From assembly GCF_009914755.1 (NCBI RefSeq), contig NC_060929.1: 64,000 nt of DNA; one strand, written 5' to 3'. This document shows, one piece after another, positions 32,601-49,924 of this stretch. The DNA comes from the human T2T-CHM13v2.0 reference genome, Homo sapiens. Numbering within the stretch: the first letter of the stretch is position 1; each line of letters opens with the position of its first letter. Made by a program: the position numbers and the translations under genes. Under the pieces are notes generated by a model. The model worked only from the letters and a program-made list of their open reading frames with translations, was not told where the DNA came from and searched no databases.

Positions 32601-32842
32601 CTAAGGGAATATTGGCTTTTATTCCCCATCACTCCTAACTCTGGATGTGATACCTGAGTTAGGACACCAAGTTGGATTTAAAGTGAGGACCTGACACAGC
32701 TCCATGGATCAGGAGACAACTCATAACCACTGTATCCCTGAGTTTTGCACACTTGGGCCAGCATTACTTATTTATCCTCAAAATATTAATTATGGATTAT
32801 TAGTCCCTGACAGTTGGGATAGCCTTAGAAGTAGGCTGAGAC

Positions 32843-33017
32843 TGTGGTTCTCAAGTTTGAGTGTGCATCAGAACTACCCGGAGAGCTTGTCAGTCACCAA
32901 TTGCTGAGACCCAACTCCAGAGGTTTTGATCCAATACACCTGAGAATTTGCATTTCTGACAAATTCCCAAGTGTTGCTGATATTGATGGCCCAAGGACCA
33001 CATTTTGTGAAACACTG
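32843..33017. mobile_element. MER5A hAT MITE
   Basis: gtggttctcaagtttgagtgtgcatcagaa…gagaatttgcatttctgacaaattccc…ggaccacattttgtgaaacactg, terminal inverted repeats. Confidence 0.85.
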
Positions 33018-33248
33018 CTCTAAAGGAAATCTGTTCTGATTATTTTCCTTTATTAATGAAATCATTGACCAGAGAGAAAACAGAGTCTAGGGCATAAGCC
33101 ATTCTTATCTCCACCTCTCCTGATACATCCTCCCTTTATTTTACTTTGAGAGGGGCATTTATAGCTGTAATTCAATATACATTCTCTGAAACCTCACAAT
33201 AGCACCATTGTCTTCCTATATAAAGACAAAGAGTGAAAAACTAAACAA

Positions 33249-33250
<2 letters not shown>

Positions 33251-33288
<38 letters not shown>
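33251..33288. repeat. (AC)19 microsatellite
   Basis: Directly visible, uninterrupted. Confidence 0.97.
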
Positions 33289-33293
<5 letters not shown>

Positions 33294-34044
33294 CTTAGGC
33301 ATGGGACAGCTTCTTCCTGCAGCTTGTCTAATAGGATCTAGTTACTACGGTACCAGGATCTTTTAAAAAAGCACAATACTATATTTAATGCTCTTTCCTA
33401 CATTAACACTGAAGGCACCCTTCTAAGCAAGATTCTACCTCATATTACAAAATCTGGGGCTAAACTTTTCCAACATTCTCTCTATTCATGGGCTTCTTAT
33501 CAAAAGGAAAAGAGAAAAAATAATAAAAGATAAAAACATAAACATAATTTGCCAAAAAGATATGGAAAAAAAAGGCATTTCGCTTATTAGCCAAAATGAG
33601 GCTGGGACAGAGCTGATCGCCTCCATCAGAATGGGAAGACTGAGAATTGAGTCTATCCAGTTGTCTCTTTGCCAGAGAACACATCAACACTTTAAGCTGA
33701 TGACTGTACTGCACCGTCTAACTTCACGTTTCATTAAATTACAAAATGTAATTCAATATGACTGAGGTAATGAGGCTTAATGTGTTGGCTTGGTATACGT
33801 CAAAAGACGCAACTCATTGGCAACCACAACTCAGCTATGTGGTGTTTAATCCACCCTCCTAGCCAGAGCCTACCTGACTTTGAAATCTTTTTGTTTCCCT
33901 TGAAATTCTGAAATAATAATTTTATTGCTTTAGAAACATCGTTAATTTCCAGTTCTAATATTTGCTCCAATAATTTATAATCAGAAAAACAGGCAACAAT
34001 TTTCCCACATTCAGTCTTTTAAAATGACCTCTATCAAACACTTT

Positions 34045-34265
34045 GGTAGTTAAGAACATACTCGCAGAAAGTCAATTACTAGGGCTCAAATTCTGTTCTT
34101 GCTGTTGTTAACTGTGCAGTCTTGGACAAGTCAATTACTTTTTGGGTAAACTTAATTTTCCTTAACTGTAAATTTTTCTCATTGAATTAAATAAACTAAT
34201 ACATGTAAAGTACTTAGAACTATATCTAGAACTGAGTAAGTACTTAATAAATGTTAGCTCTTATA
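34045..34265 (+). mobile_element. MIR
   Basis: gggctcaaattctgttcttgc…gtcttggacaagtcaatta…atgtaaagtacttagaac…aataaatgttagct. Confidence 0.75.
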
Positions 34266-35102
34266 TAACTAATTCATTCCTTGCGTGCTTTGGTAGCAGT
34301 CTCTGGGACTATCCTGTTTAGAAGCCTGGTCAACCTTAAACAAATACAACCTTGTTTCCTAAATAAGTTGAAAGCTATAGGACTTAAATATAAGCTGGGT
34401 GACACAAGTTGGTTTTAATACAGGAACTTTAATTTAGGTCCCAAAGTAATTTTTGTTAGAGTGTAAAAATGAAAAATCTTTTAGCAATATTTTACAACAA
34501 TGTAATGATTACTCACACCCTGACAGCCCAGCCAATGGACAGCTGAGCTGAATGGTGCCGCTCTGTTTGTGTCTGCCTATCTCTTGGCAAGGTCAGCAGC
34601 TCCAACCGCCTCCTGGAAAGGTGAGAGATTAGCTTAGGACTTGCCCATACTGAGAAACGATCATTGAGAAGCAAAAAGTAACATTTCATTAAACTGATAT
34701 AGCCAGTTATGGATTCATTCAGATAAATATTAGATATTTCTTTACCAACCACATGTTGAATTTTAAGTTCAACGATGGGCAAGGAGAGAGAGTTTTACAA
34801 CAATAAATAAGAGAAAATCCCTCACTAAAAAACATTTGTTTAGAAAATGAGATATTTTTCCTGTTATTTTTCATTATTTTCATACAAAAATGTTTTCTTT
34901 CAGCAAATTCATGACCTACCAATACATAAAGTTTTATATTATATATTATTATATTATACATATAAAATATTTTATATACCTAAAACGTATTATTATAAAA
35001 TGTTTTCGTTCCTCTGCTAAGGAAAAAAATCTTCTTTTTAATTTGCACCCTTTGATTACCAGTAAGGTTGAATATTTTATTGTCCATTTGTAAGTCTTCT
35101 TT

Positions 35103-41187
<6,085 letters not shown>

Positions 41188-41275
41188 CCATTTGTAAGTC
41201 TTCTTTTGTGAATTTGTGTTTATTACTCTCTTATTTGTCAGCCTCTTGCACAGTTATCATAGTAGGATTTCTTGT

Positions 41276-41603
<328 letters not shown>

Positions 41604-42178
41604 TAGTGGTTACCATCATATAATATATCTCATATTCCAAGCCTTTATCTCTCTTTCATTATGTTTTGTAGCAGTTTCATTAAGATCTGGTTCACATATA
41701 AAATTCATCCATCCAGTGGTTTTCAGTATAGCCAGAGAGTTGTGCAACCATCACCACGATCAATTATAGAACATTTTTGTCACTCCAAAAGAAACTCTAT
41801 ACCCATTAGTTGTCTCTCCCATTTCCTTCCACTCCAAACTCCAACCCTAGGCAACCCCTAATCTACTTTCAGTCTCTAATGATTTACCTATTCTGTACAT
41901 TGTGTTTAAATGGAAACATACAATACATAGTCTTTTACATCCAGTATCTTTCACTTAATATTTTCAAGGTTCATCCATGTTGCAGCATGTATCATTCTTC
42001 ATTTATTTTTATTGCTAAATAATATTCCGTTGTATGGATATGCCACATTTTAAAAATCCATTCATCAGTTGATGGACATTTGGGTTTTTCCACTTTTTTT
42101 GGCTGTTATGAATAATGCTTCTGTGAATATATAAGCTTTTGCCTGAACATATATTTTCATTTCTGCTGGGTCATATAA

Positions 42179-44629
42179 TAATATGGTTTGGCTGTGTCCT
42201 CACCCAAATCTCATCTCTAATTGTAATCCCAATAATTCCCATGTGTCAAGAGAAGGACCTGATTGCAGGTGATTAGATCATGGGAGCGGTTCCTTTTATG
42301 CTGTTCTTGTGATAGTGAATGAGTTCTCACGAGATCTGATGGTTTTATAAATAGCTTCCCCTGGGCTTCTCTCTCTCTCTCCTGCCACCATGTGAAGAAG
42401 GTACTTGCTTCCTCTTTGCCTTCTGCCATGAGTATAAGTTTCCTGATGCTTCCCCAGCCATGTGGAACTGTGAGTCAATTAACTCTCTTTCCTTTATAAA
42501 TTGCAGTTTCTTATATTTATTTATAGCAGTGTGAAAATGAACTAATACAGAGAATTGGTACCTCAAAGAGTGGGGTACTGCCATAAAGATAGTTGAAAAT
42601 GTGGAAGCAAATTTGGAACTGGGTAATGGGCTGAGGTTGGAACAGTTTGGAGGGCTCAGAAGCAGATAGGAAGATATGGGAAGGTAGAACTTCCTAGAGA
42701 CTTGTTGAATGGTTTTGACCAAAATGCAGATAGTGATATGGACAATGAAGTCCAGGCTGAGGTGGTCTCAGATGGAGATGAGGAATTTCTTGGGAACTGG
42801 AGCAAAGGTCGCTTTTGCTATGCATCAGCAAAGAAACTGGTAGCATTTGCCCCTGCCCTAGAGACCTGTGGAACTTTGAACTTGAGAGAGATGATTTAGA
42901 GTATCTGGTGAAAGAAGTATCTTTTTTTATCTTTAAGTTCTGTGATACATGTGCAGAACGTGCAGGTTTGTTACATAGTTATACATGTGCCATGGGTGGT
43001 TTGCTGCACCCATCAACCCATCATCTACATTAGGTATTTCTAGAAAAGGAAATTTCTAACCAGGAAAGCATTCAAGAGGTGACAGAGTATAAAATTTTGG
43101 AAATTTTGCAGCCTGACCATGTGGTAGAAAATAATAATCCATTTTCTGGGGAAAAATTCAAGCTGGCTGCAGAAATTTGCTTAAGTAACAAGAAACTGAA
43201 AGTTAATAGCTATGACAGTGGAGAAAATGTCTCCAGGCCATGACAGAGAGTTTATGGCAGCCCCTCCAACCATAAGCCTGGAGGCCTAGGAGGGAAAAAT
43301 GGTTTTGTGGGCCCTGTTGCTTTGTGCAGCCTCCGGACTTAGTGCCCTGTGTCCCAGCTGCTCCAGCTCCAGCTGTGGCTAAAAGCGGCCAAGGTACAGC
43401 TTGGGCCATTGCTTCAGAGGGTGCAAGCCCCAAGCCTGGTAGCTTCCATGTGGTGCACAGAAGTCTGTGGGTGCACAGAAGTCAAGGGTGCACAGAAATC
43501 AAGGTTTGGGAACCTTGGGCCTGTGGGTGCACAGAAGTCAAGGTTTGGGAACCTCCTCCTAGATTTCAAAGGATGTATGGAAATGCCTGGATGTCCAGAA
43601 AGACATCTGCTGCCAGGGTGGGGCCATCATGGAGAACCTCTGCTAGGGCAATGTGGAAGGGAAATGTAGGGTTGGAGCCCCCACACAGAGTCCTTACTGG
43701 AGAACTGTCTAGTGAAGCTATGAGAAGACAGTTACCATCCTTCAAACCCCAGAATGATAGATCCACCAATAGCTTGCGCCTTGTGCCTGGAAAAGCTGCA
43801 GGCACTGAACACCAGCCCATGAGAGCAGCTACAGAGGCTGAACCCTGCAAAGCCATGGGGGCAGAGATGCCCAGGGTCTTGGGAGCCCACCCTTTGCATC
43901 AGCATGACCTGGATGTGAGACATGGAGTCAAAGGAAATTATTTTGGAACTTTAAGATTTAATGACTGCCCCACTGGATTTTGGACTTGGGTGGTTCCTGT
44001 AGCCCCTTCGTTTTGACCATTTTCTCTCATTTGGAATGGGAGCTTTACCCAATGCCTATACCCCCACTGTATCTTGGAGGTAACCAACTTGCTTTTGATT
44101 TTACAGGCTCCTAGGCAGAAGGGATTTGCCTCGTCTCAGATGAGACTTCAGATTTGGACTTTTGGATTAGTGCTGTAATGAGTTAAGACTTTGGGGGACT
44201 GTTGGGAAGGCATGATTGGTTTTGAAATGTAAAAATGATGTGAGATTTGAGACAGGCCAGTGTCAGGATCATATGGTTTGGCTCTGTGTCCCCACCCAAA
44301 TCGCATCTCAAATTGTAATCCCTATAATCCTCACGTGTCAAGGGAGAGACCTAGTAGGAAGTGATTCAGTCATGGGGGTGGTTTCCCCCATGCTGTTCTC
44401 ATGATAGGACTAGGCCCCTAGGCTTCTCTCTCTCTCTCTGTCTTTGTCTCTCTCTCTCTCCTGCTACAATTTGAAAAAGGTCCTTGCTTCCCCTTCACCT
44501 TCTTCCATGATTGTAAGTTTCCTAAGGCCTCCCCAGCCATGTGGAACTCTAAGTCAATTAAATCCCTTTCCTTTATAAATTACCTAGTGTCAAATATTTC
44601 TTTATAGCAGTGTGAAATGGACTAACACA
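42179..44629 (+). mobile_element. Complete THE1D-like MaLR element (LTR 42179-42549, internal region, LTR 44269-44629)
   Basis: Two direct LTRs (atatggtttggct…actaa(t/c)aca) flanking THE1-int (MDNEVQAEVVSDGDEE; EPPPRFQRMYGNAWMSR). Confidence 0.92.
42921..43040 (-). mobile_element. Severely 5'-truncated L1PA (L1PA7/8-like 3' tip, ~120 bp) inside THE1D-int
   Basis: ttttttatctttaagttctgtgatacatgtgcagaacgtgcaggtttgttacatag…cattaggtatttct with a degenerate gaaagaa…tct duplication. Confidence 0.85.
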
Positions 44630-45676
44630 TATGGTAAATCTAGGTAACTTTGTGTTTAACCTTTTGAGAAAAAGTCAGGCTGTTTGTCAAGTGGCTACCA
44701 CATTTTTAAAATCACACCAGTAGCTTATGAAGGTTCCAATTTTTCTATATCTTCACCAGTACTTGCTATTATCTGCCATTTTCATTATAGCCATCCTAGT
44801 GGGTCCAAAATGGTATTTCACTGTCATTTTGATTTACCTTTCTCTGATAAATAATCTACTACTTTTTAATTTTGCTAGAGTATATCCCAAAGTAATTTTT
44901 TCCTAAGTAATATGAAGTTACTTATATTCCCCAAAATGTACTTGGGGGTGGGTTTATACTTTTAATCTAATTCATATGTTTTAGCCACTTTAAACATGTC
45001 TTCTTAATTACTTAACACATACCCTATGAAATCAATATTTTCTAATTCACTTTTTGTTTGCTTTTTTGTTTTCCTTTAGAGTTGTAGTCACAAAGAAAAT
45101 ATTCGATAGGTTTAGAGGAAAGGCATGGAGTGTGTAAACTGCCATTACTACATTGTAAATTTCTTTTATAAATGTTAATTATTTTTTGTCCAAGTGGAGA
45201 CATGATTACCACATAGTGATTAACAATTTAAAAAAGAAGTGTTGGTCTTAGCATATCCTAGAAACACAAGAAAATAAATTGAAGAGGCGGGGAGCCTAGA
45301 GGTCATATCTTAATTTCTATTGTTGGAAACTATATCAAGAAGGACAGAATTTTATAATTAAATGAGAAATTAAATGCATGTTGATCAAGCTTCTCCCTGT
45401 TTGTTGTGATCAAGGAGTGGGAATTTCTAGAATGGGCAGTTTCCCAGTTCTGGGGCACAATTGTCAAAGTCTGGACACACATGTGGAGGCATCATGTATG
45501 TTCCCGTGAGAGCTGGAAAAATGTAAAGAGCCCCAGAGCTAGTCTAACATCTTACTTTATAGATTAGAAAATCAAAGTATAGAAAGTCTCAAGTCTCACA
45601 ACCTGCTCGTAGCAGAGATGAGGCTAGAATGCAGCTCTCATAAATCTTAGTCCAGTGATCTTTGAATTATCCAATG

Positions 45677-46009
45677 TGCTGTAGACTGAACGTTTGTGTT
45701 TTCCCAAAATTCATATGTTGAAATCCTGATTTGCAATGTGATGGCATTAGCAAGAGGAGTGATTAGGTCACAAGGGCTGTGAATGGAGTTAGTGCCCTTA
45801 TAAAAGGGACCCCAGAGAGCTGCCTCCTTCCCTTATACCATGTGAGGACACATCAGAAAGAACCAGGAAGTGGACCCTCACCAGACATTAAGTCTGCTGG
45901 AGCTTGGATGTATGATTTCCCACCCTTCACAACTCTGAGAAATAAATGTTGTTTACAAACCACCCAGTCTATGTTATTCTGTTATAGCCACTGGAATAAG
46001 ACTAAAACA
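45677..46009 (+). mobile_element. MLT1A-type solo LTR
   Basis: tgctgtagactgaacgtttgtg…cccaaaattcatatgttgaaatcc…gagaaataaatgttgttta…gactaaaaca. Confidence 0.85.
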
Positions 46010-46242
46010 TGTTTCTTAAGTTAGTGAAACACTTCCTATTTAATACACACCTATAGACATCAACACATCTTCACAAAAAATCTCCCTTGAAATGCTGATT
46101 CCCATTCAAATTAAGATATCCTCTTCATCATGCCCAGCTGATAGTTATGTGGTACAGAACAATATACGATTTCAGTGTCACCTGATGTTACTTTTATTTT
46201 TGTTTCATTTTTGCTTCTGGTTGTGTATATTTTAAACAACTA

Positions 46243-46552
<310 letters not shown>

Positions 46553-46849
46553 AAAAATTGGGAGGGGCTTCATTTTTCTATCTGATGTAGATTGTTACTT
46601 TTACCCATTGTATTCTACTGGGGCAACAATAACCTGTTATATGTTATTTCCCAAGTAATATATGTCTGCTGGGCACCTATTCTCTCTCTAGAGCCATGGC
46701 AATCACTCTTCCTGGTGGACACTCTGGTGAGTGTCAACAGAAAAAGCAAAGGTCCTCACCCTCCATGCCCATGCTATTTGCCCATACCTTCTTCTTTATC
46801 TTTCAATATTACCCCTTCCAGACTTTTGAATGACCAGTGAAACAATTCA

Positions 46850-49524
46850 CCACCGCCCAAGAATCCCTCAGCCATTTCTCTTTTAACCCAAAGTGATGAT
46901 CAGATGTATTGTCCCAAGCTCTATCCATTAGTAGGATTTTTTCTTACTTCCCCTTTTCTGGGCCATTTATAAATAAGACTGTAGTATAATAACAGTCCAT
47001 TTTTAGCTTGTACCCACATTCCAAATTGACTCATCTGTGACTAGTCTCTTTTTCCTCCTCCTTCAGCTGGTGTTAAGGAGTCCCATGCAGTCATGGGTGC
47101 AAGCTGAGAGAGAGAAGCCAGTGAAGCAGTGGTTGATGACGGGGTCCTCTGGGCCACTTGATTGCATAGCTTTCCTGTGTCTCTGTTTTGTGCATTTCTG
47201 ATCCAAGATACAATTCCATCTTATGGCAGGTTGCTATTGACACTGCCTGACCCCTGGCTCTGTATTCAGACAGACCCAGCTATAAGGACAGCTGTGGCTC
47301 CATGCTCACTTCATGGCCTAAATCAGAAGTGTGAGCTCTACAGGAGTCTAGTAACTTAACAGGAGCTACATTTGAATGGTGTATATGGTTTCAAACTTCA
47401 GATAGCGCGGCTTTGCTCCAGAACTGTAGAGGTCATCATTATTTTCCTATAAAGCCTGGTTGTAAGCTCCACAGAATGTCTCTTGTTGTCACAGATGCCT
47501 CTAGTATTATAGCTTCTGCTGGATTTTATTGTGCAAGGCACAGGTCTAAATCTACCATGGCCTGTATTTGCTGCTTTTGGTTCCACTTAAAACTCTTGAC
47601 CTTTGTTTCACTCAGTAAGTGGATTAGAGAAATATTTCCAGGTACAAAATATGCTGCCTCTAGAACCTGTGCTTCCGTCTTTGTGGTAGGAGAAGGTGCA
47701 ATAATCTGGCCTTCACTTTAGAGGGATATCTAGGCATGCCCTGGATCTCTGGACTCTTAAAAACTTTACTGATATTGGGGAAAGTCAAATCTTTATAGAG
47801 TTTATCTCTCACACTCAAAAACAAAAGTGTTCCACTACTGCCTTCAAATCCAATTCACATGCCATCAATACAGTGGGCCAATGTGATAGTCTGTGGAATG
47901 TCCAGTGGGTTGTGATCCCTTCACACCACATTATAACAGATAATGTCAGTTACCACTCCAGTGGTGCCTTCAGGATCAAGGTATTCATTTCCTTAGCTAC
48001 CAGAATTGTTGGCTGCTGATGGGCCACAGATGAGCCTCTACCCAGTACTGCCTATAAACAAAGGGAGCTCCCACACTCAAGTTTACACATCTTCTCTTAA
48101 GTCAGCTGCATTTGATGATGGGTTCAAGTGGCCTTTCTCAGTTTGGGACACCTCTGAAGCATGATCCCAGTGTCATAGTGCCCTTGGAGAATTGACAGTA
48201 CACTGAGGTAAAATCTTACATGTTGTTCCTGCATAAATGGGAATTGCTTCTGATCCTCCTTCTTAATAGGGACAGAAAAGAATGCACTTACCAGATTATG
48301 TTCTTGAGGTCACGTTGATGTGCTCAAGCAGAAATACCACATCTGGCACAGCATCTACAATTGGGGCTAGTGCTTGGTTGAGTTAGGGGGAGTGCATTAT
48401 CATCTGCCAGGACCCATTTGCTTTTTGTAGTGGCCAGACTGGTGAATTAAATGGGGATATGAAGGTGATTAAAACCTAGGTCTTTGAGGGTAATACTAAC
48501 CTTTAACATTCTACCCAGGATGCAAAAATCTTATTCCCTCTCTTGAATAGAGGGAGGGGCAGCTTCATAAACTACTTTGCATTCTGCATTATAATAGCTA
48601 CTTCACCTCAGGTCAAGAAACCAATGTAGGTTTTCTGCCAACTACTAAGCATGTCCCTCCAAAATACACATTTGCTGAATGGGGAAATGACCACCAACTG
48701 AACCCTCTGTGACATACTCAACATGACTCTATTTATTACCTAGCCCTCAGATACCACTACTCTACCAGGGCATATGATAATTTTTTAAGTCCTCAGCTGT
48801 CAATGTTAATACAGAACCTTTGCCAAACAGTCCTCAAAACCTTTGGTTATTCCTGTTTCTCCAGTGGTTACCAAGGAAAGTGGATGTTGTTTTTTCTAAT
48901 TAGGGGCTTATTCCTATACACACTTGCTGTGGTGCTGGAGGGTCTTTTCTTATTGCACCATGGCATACCTTTTCATCAATGAGATATAGGAACAAGTTTG
49001 GAAATTGATTGTTGTGAAGTAAAGTGCTTGAGGTTGAGAATTCAACTTTCTCTGAAGCTCTGATACTCTTATAATTAAGGAAGAGTCTGGTTCTCAGATT
49101 TTTCTGCCTTTCAGTTGCTGGAGATGAGCCTCCTTCTGTTGCCAGTAAGACCCTCTAACCTTCATGTTTATCTTAGGTCGAGGAGTATCTTCCTCGTATT
49201 GTGCTGTCTTTTCCCAATATAAAGTAGCACCAGAGCAGCCATCCAAATGCATAATCTTTATAAATACTACTTCCTCCATACTTCTCAAACTCTCCTGAGA
49301 CATTACACCAATAAGTGCATTTGTTTTAGCTGGTATCTCATTTTGGTTCACCACTGATAATAATAGCATTAATAATTCTACTCCAGCACACTGGGGGCTA
49401 TTAGTACCTACCACTAGTGACAGGGTCTTCATTAGCAGCTGACGGGCAGGTAATCAAGTTCTTTATTCAAATAAAATTCCAATTTAGAGTCTGCTTCCTA
49501 GTGCTACTGCCAGTATCAACTCTT
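46850..49524 (-). mobile_element. Ancient ERVL-class internal region (ERV3-16A3/LTR16-associated), decayed gag-pol
   Basis: Reverse strand gives RT-like remnants (…AFFSVPIKKEDQKQF… at ~48230-48300; decayed HYIDD-like region at ~47855-47920) and a downstream pol-like segment at ~47150-47240. Confidence 0.7.
47933..48185 (+). mobile_element. LTR16-type LTR 5' portion, inverted, inside the ERVL RT
   Basis: Aligns to the reverse complement of 49665-49920 (ggctgctga…cacag.tgagcct.taccc…acaaagggagct…actcaagtttacaca…ggttcaagtggcct). Confidence 0.75.
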
Positions 49525-49924
49525 TTTGTAGATTTCCCAGAAAACAGACCCTGAAGTAGAGATTTTTTTTGCAAGAAATTTGCAGGAGAAATGAGTGAAG
49601 CAAGGCTGTGAGAAGGAGAAATTGAGTTACAATGTGGTGGCAGCAGAGTTCTTAACTGACCTCACTGGGGTCTATGGCACTGTGATGGTGCTTTAGTGGT
49701 GTACCAACTTGAGGCAAGAAGGCCACTTGAACCAGTCATTGGACACAAGTTGCCTCCAGAAAATTTGTGTAAACTTGAGTAAGGCAGCTCCCTTTGTCTG
49801 CGGGCAATTATGGGGTAAAGGCTCAACTGTGAGTCCTCAGCAGCCCACAGTCCTGTTAGAGGAGGAAATGAGCACTTCGGCCCTAAAGGAGCCATCTGAG
49901 TAGTATGTGACAGTATCTACCACA
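49525..49924 (-). mobile_element. LTR16C-like 5' LTR of the ERVL element
   Basis: Reverse strand starts tgtggtagatactgtc… and ends …cagggtctgttttctgggaaatcta; LTR16-type motifs. Confidence 0.72.

Larger units (their letters stand above)
41660..44860 (-). mobile_element. L1MB 3' fragment split by THE1D (L1 parts ~41660-42178 and 44630-44860)
   Basis: gttgtgcaaccatcaccacgatc…ccattcatcagttgatggacatttggg; continuity ctgggtcatat|ggtaa across the provirus. Confidence 0.8.

Noticed and set aside
43452-43555. CRISPR-like repeat array
   Set aside because: Human MaLR internal sequence, irregular spacing, non-unique spacers, no cas genes
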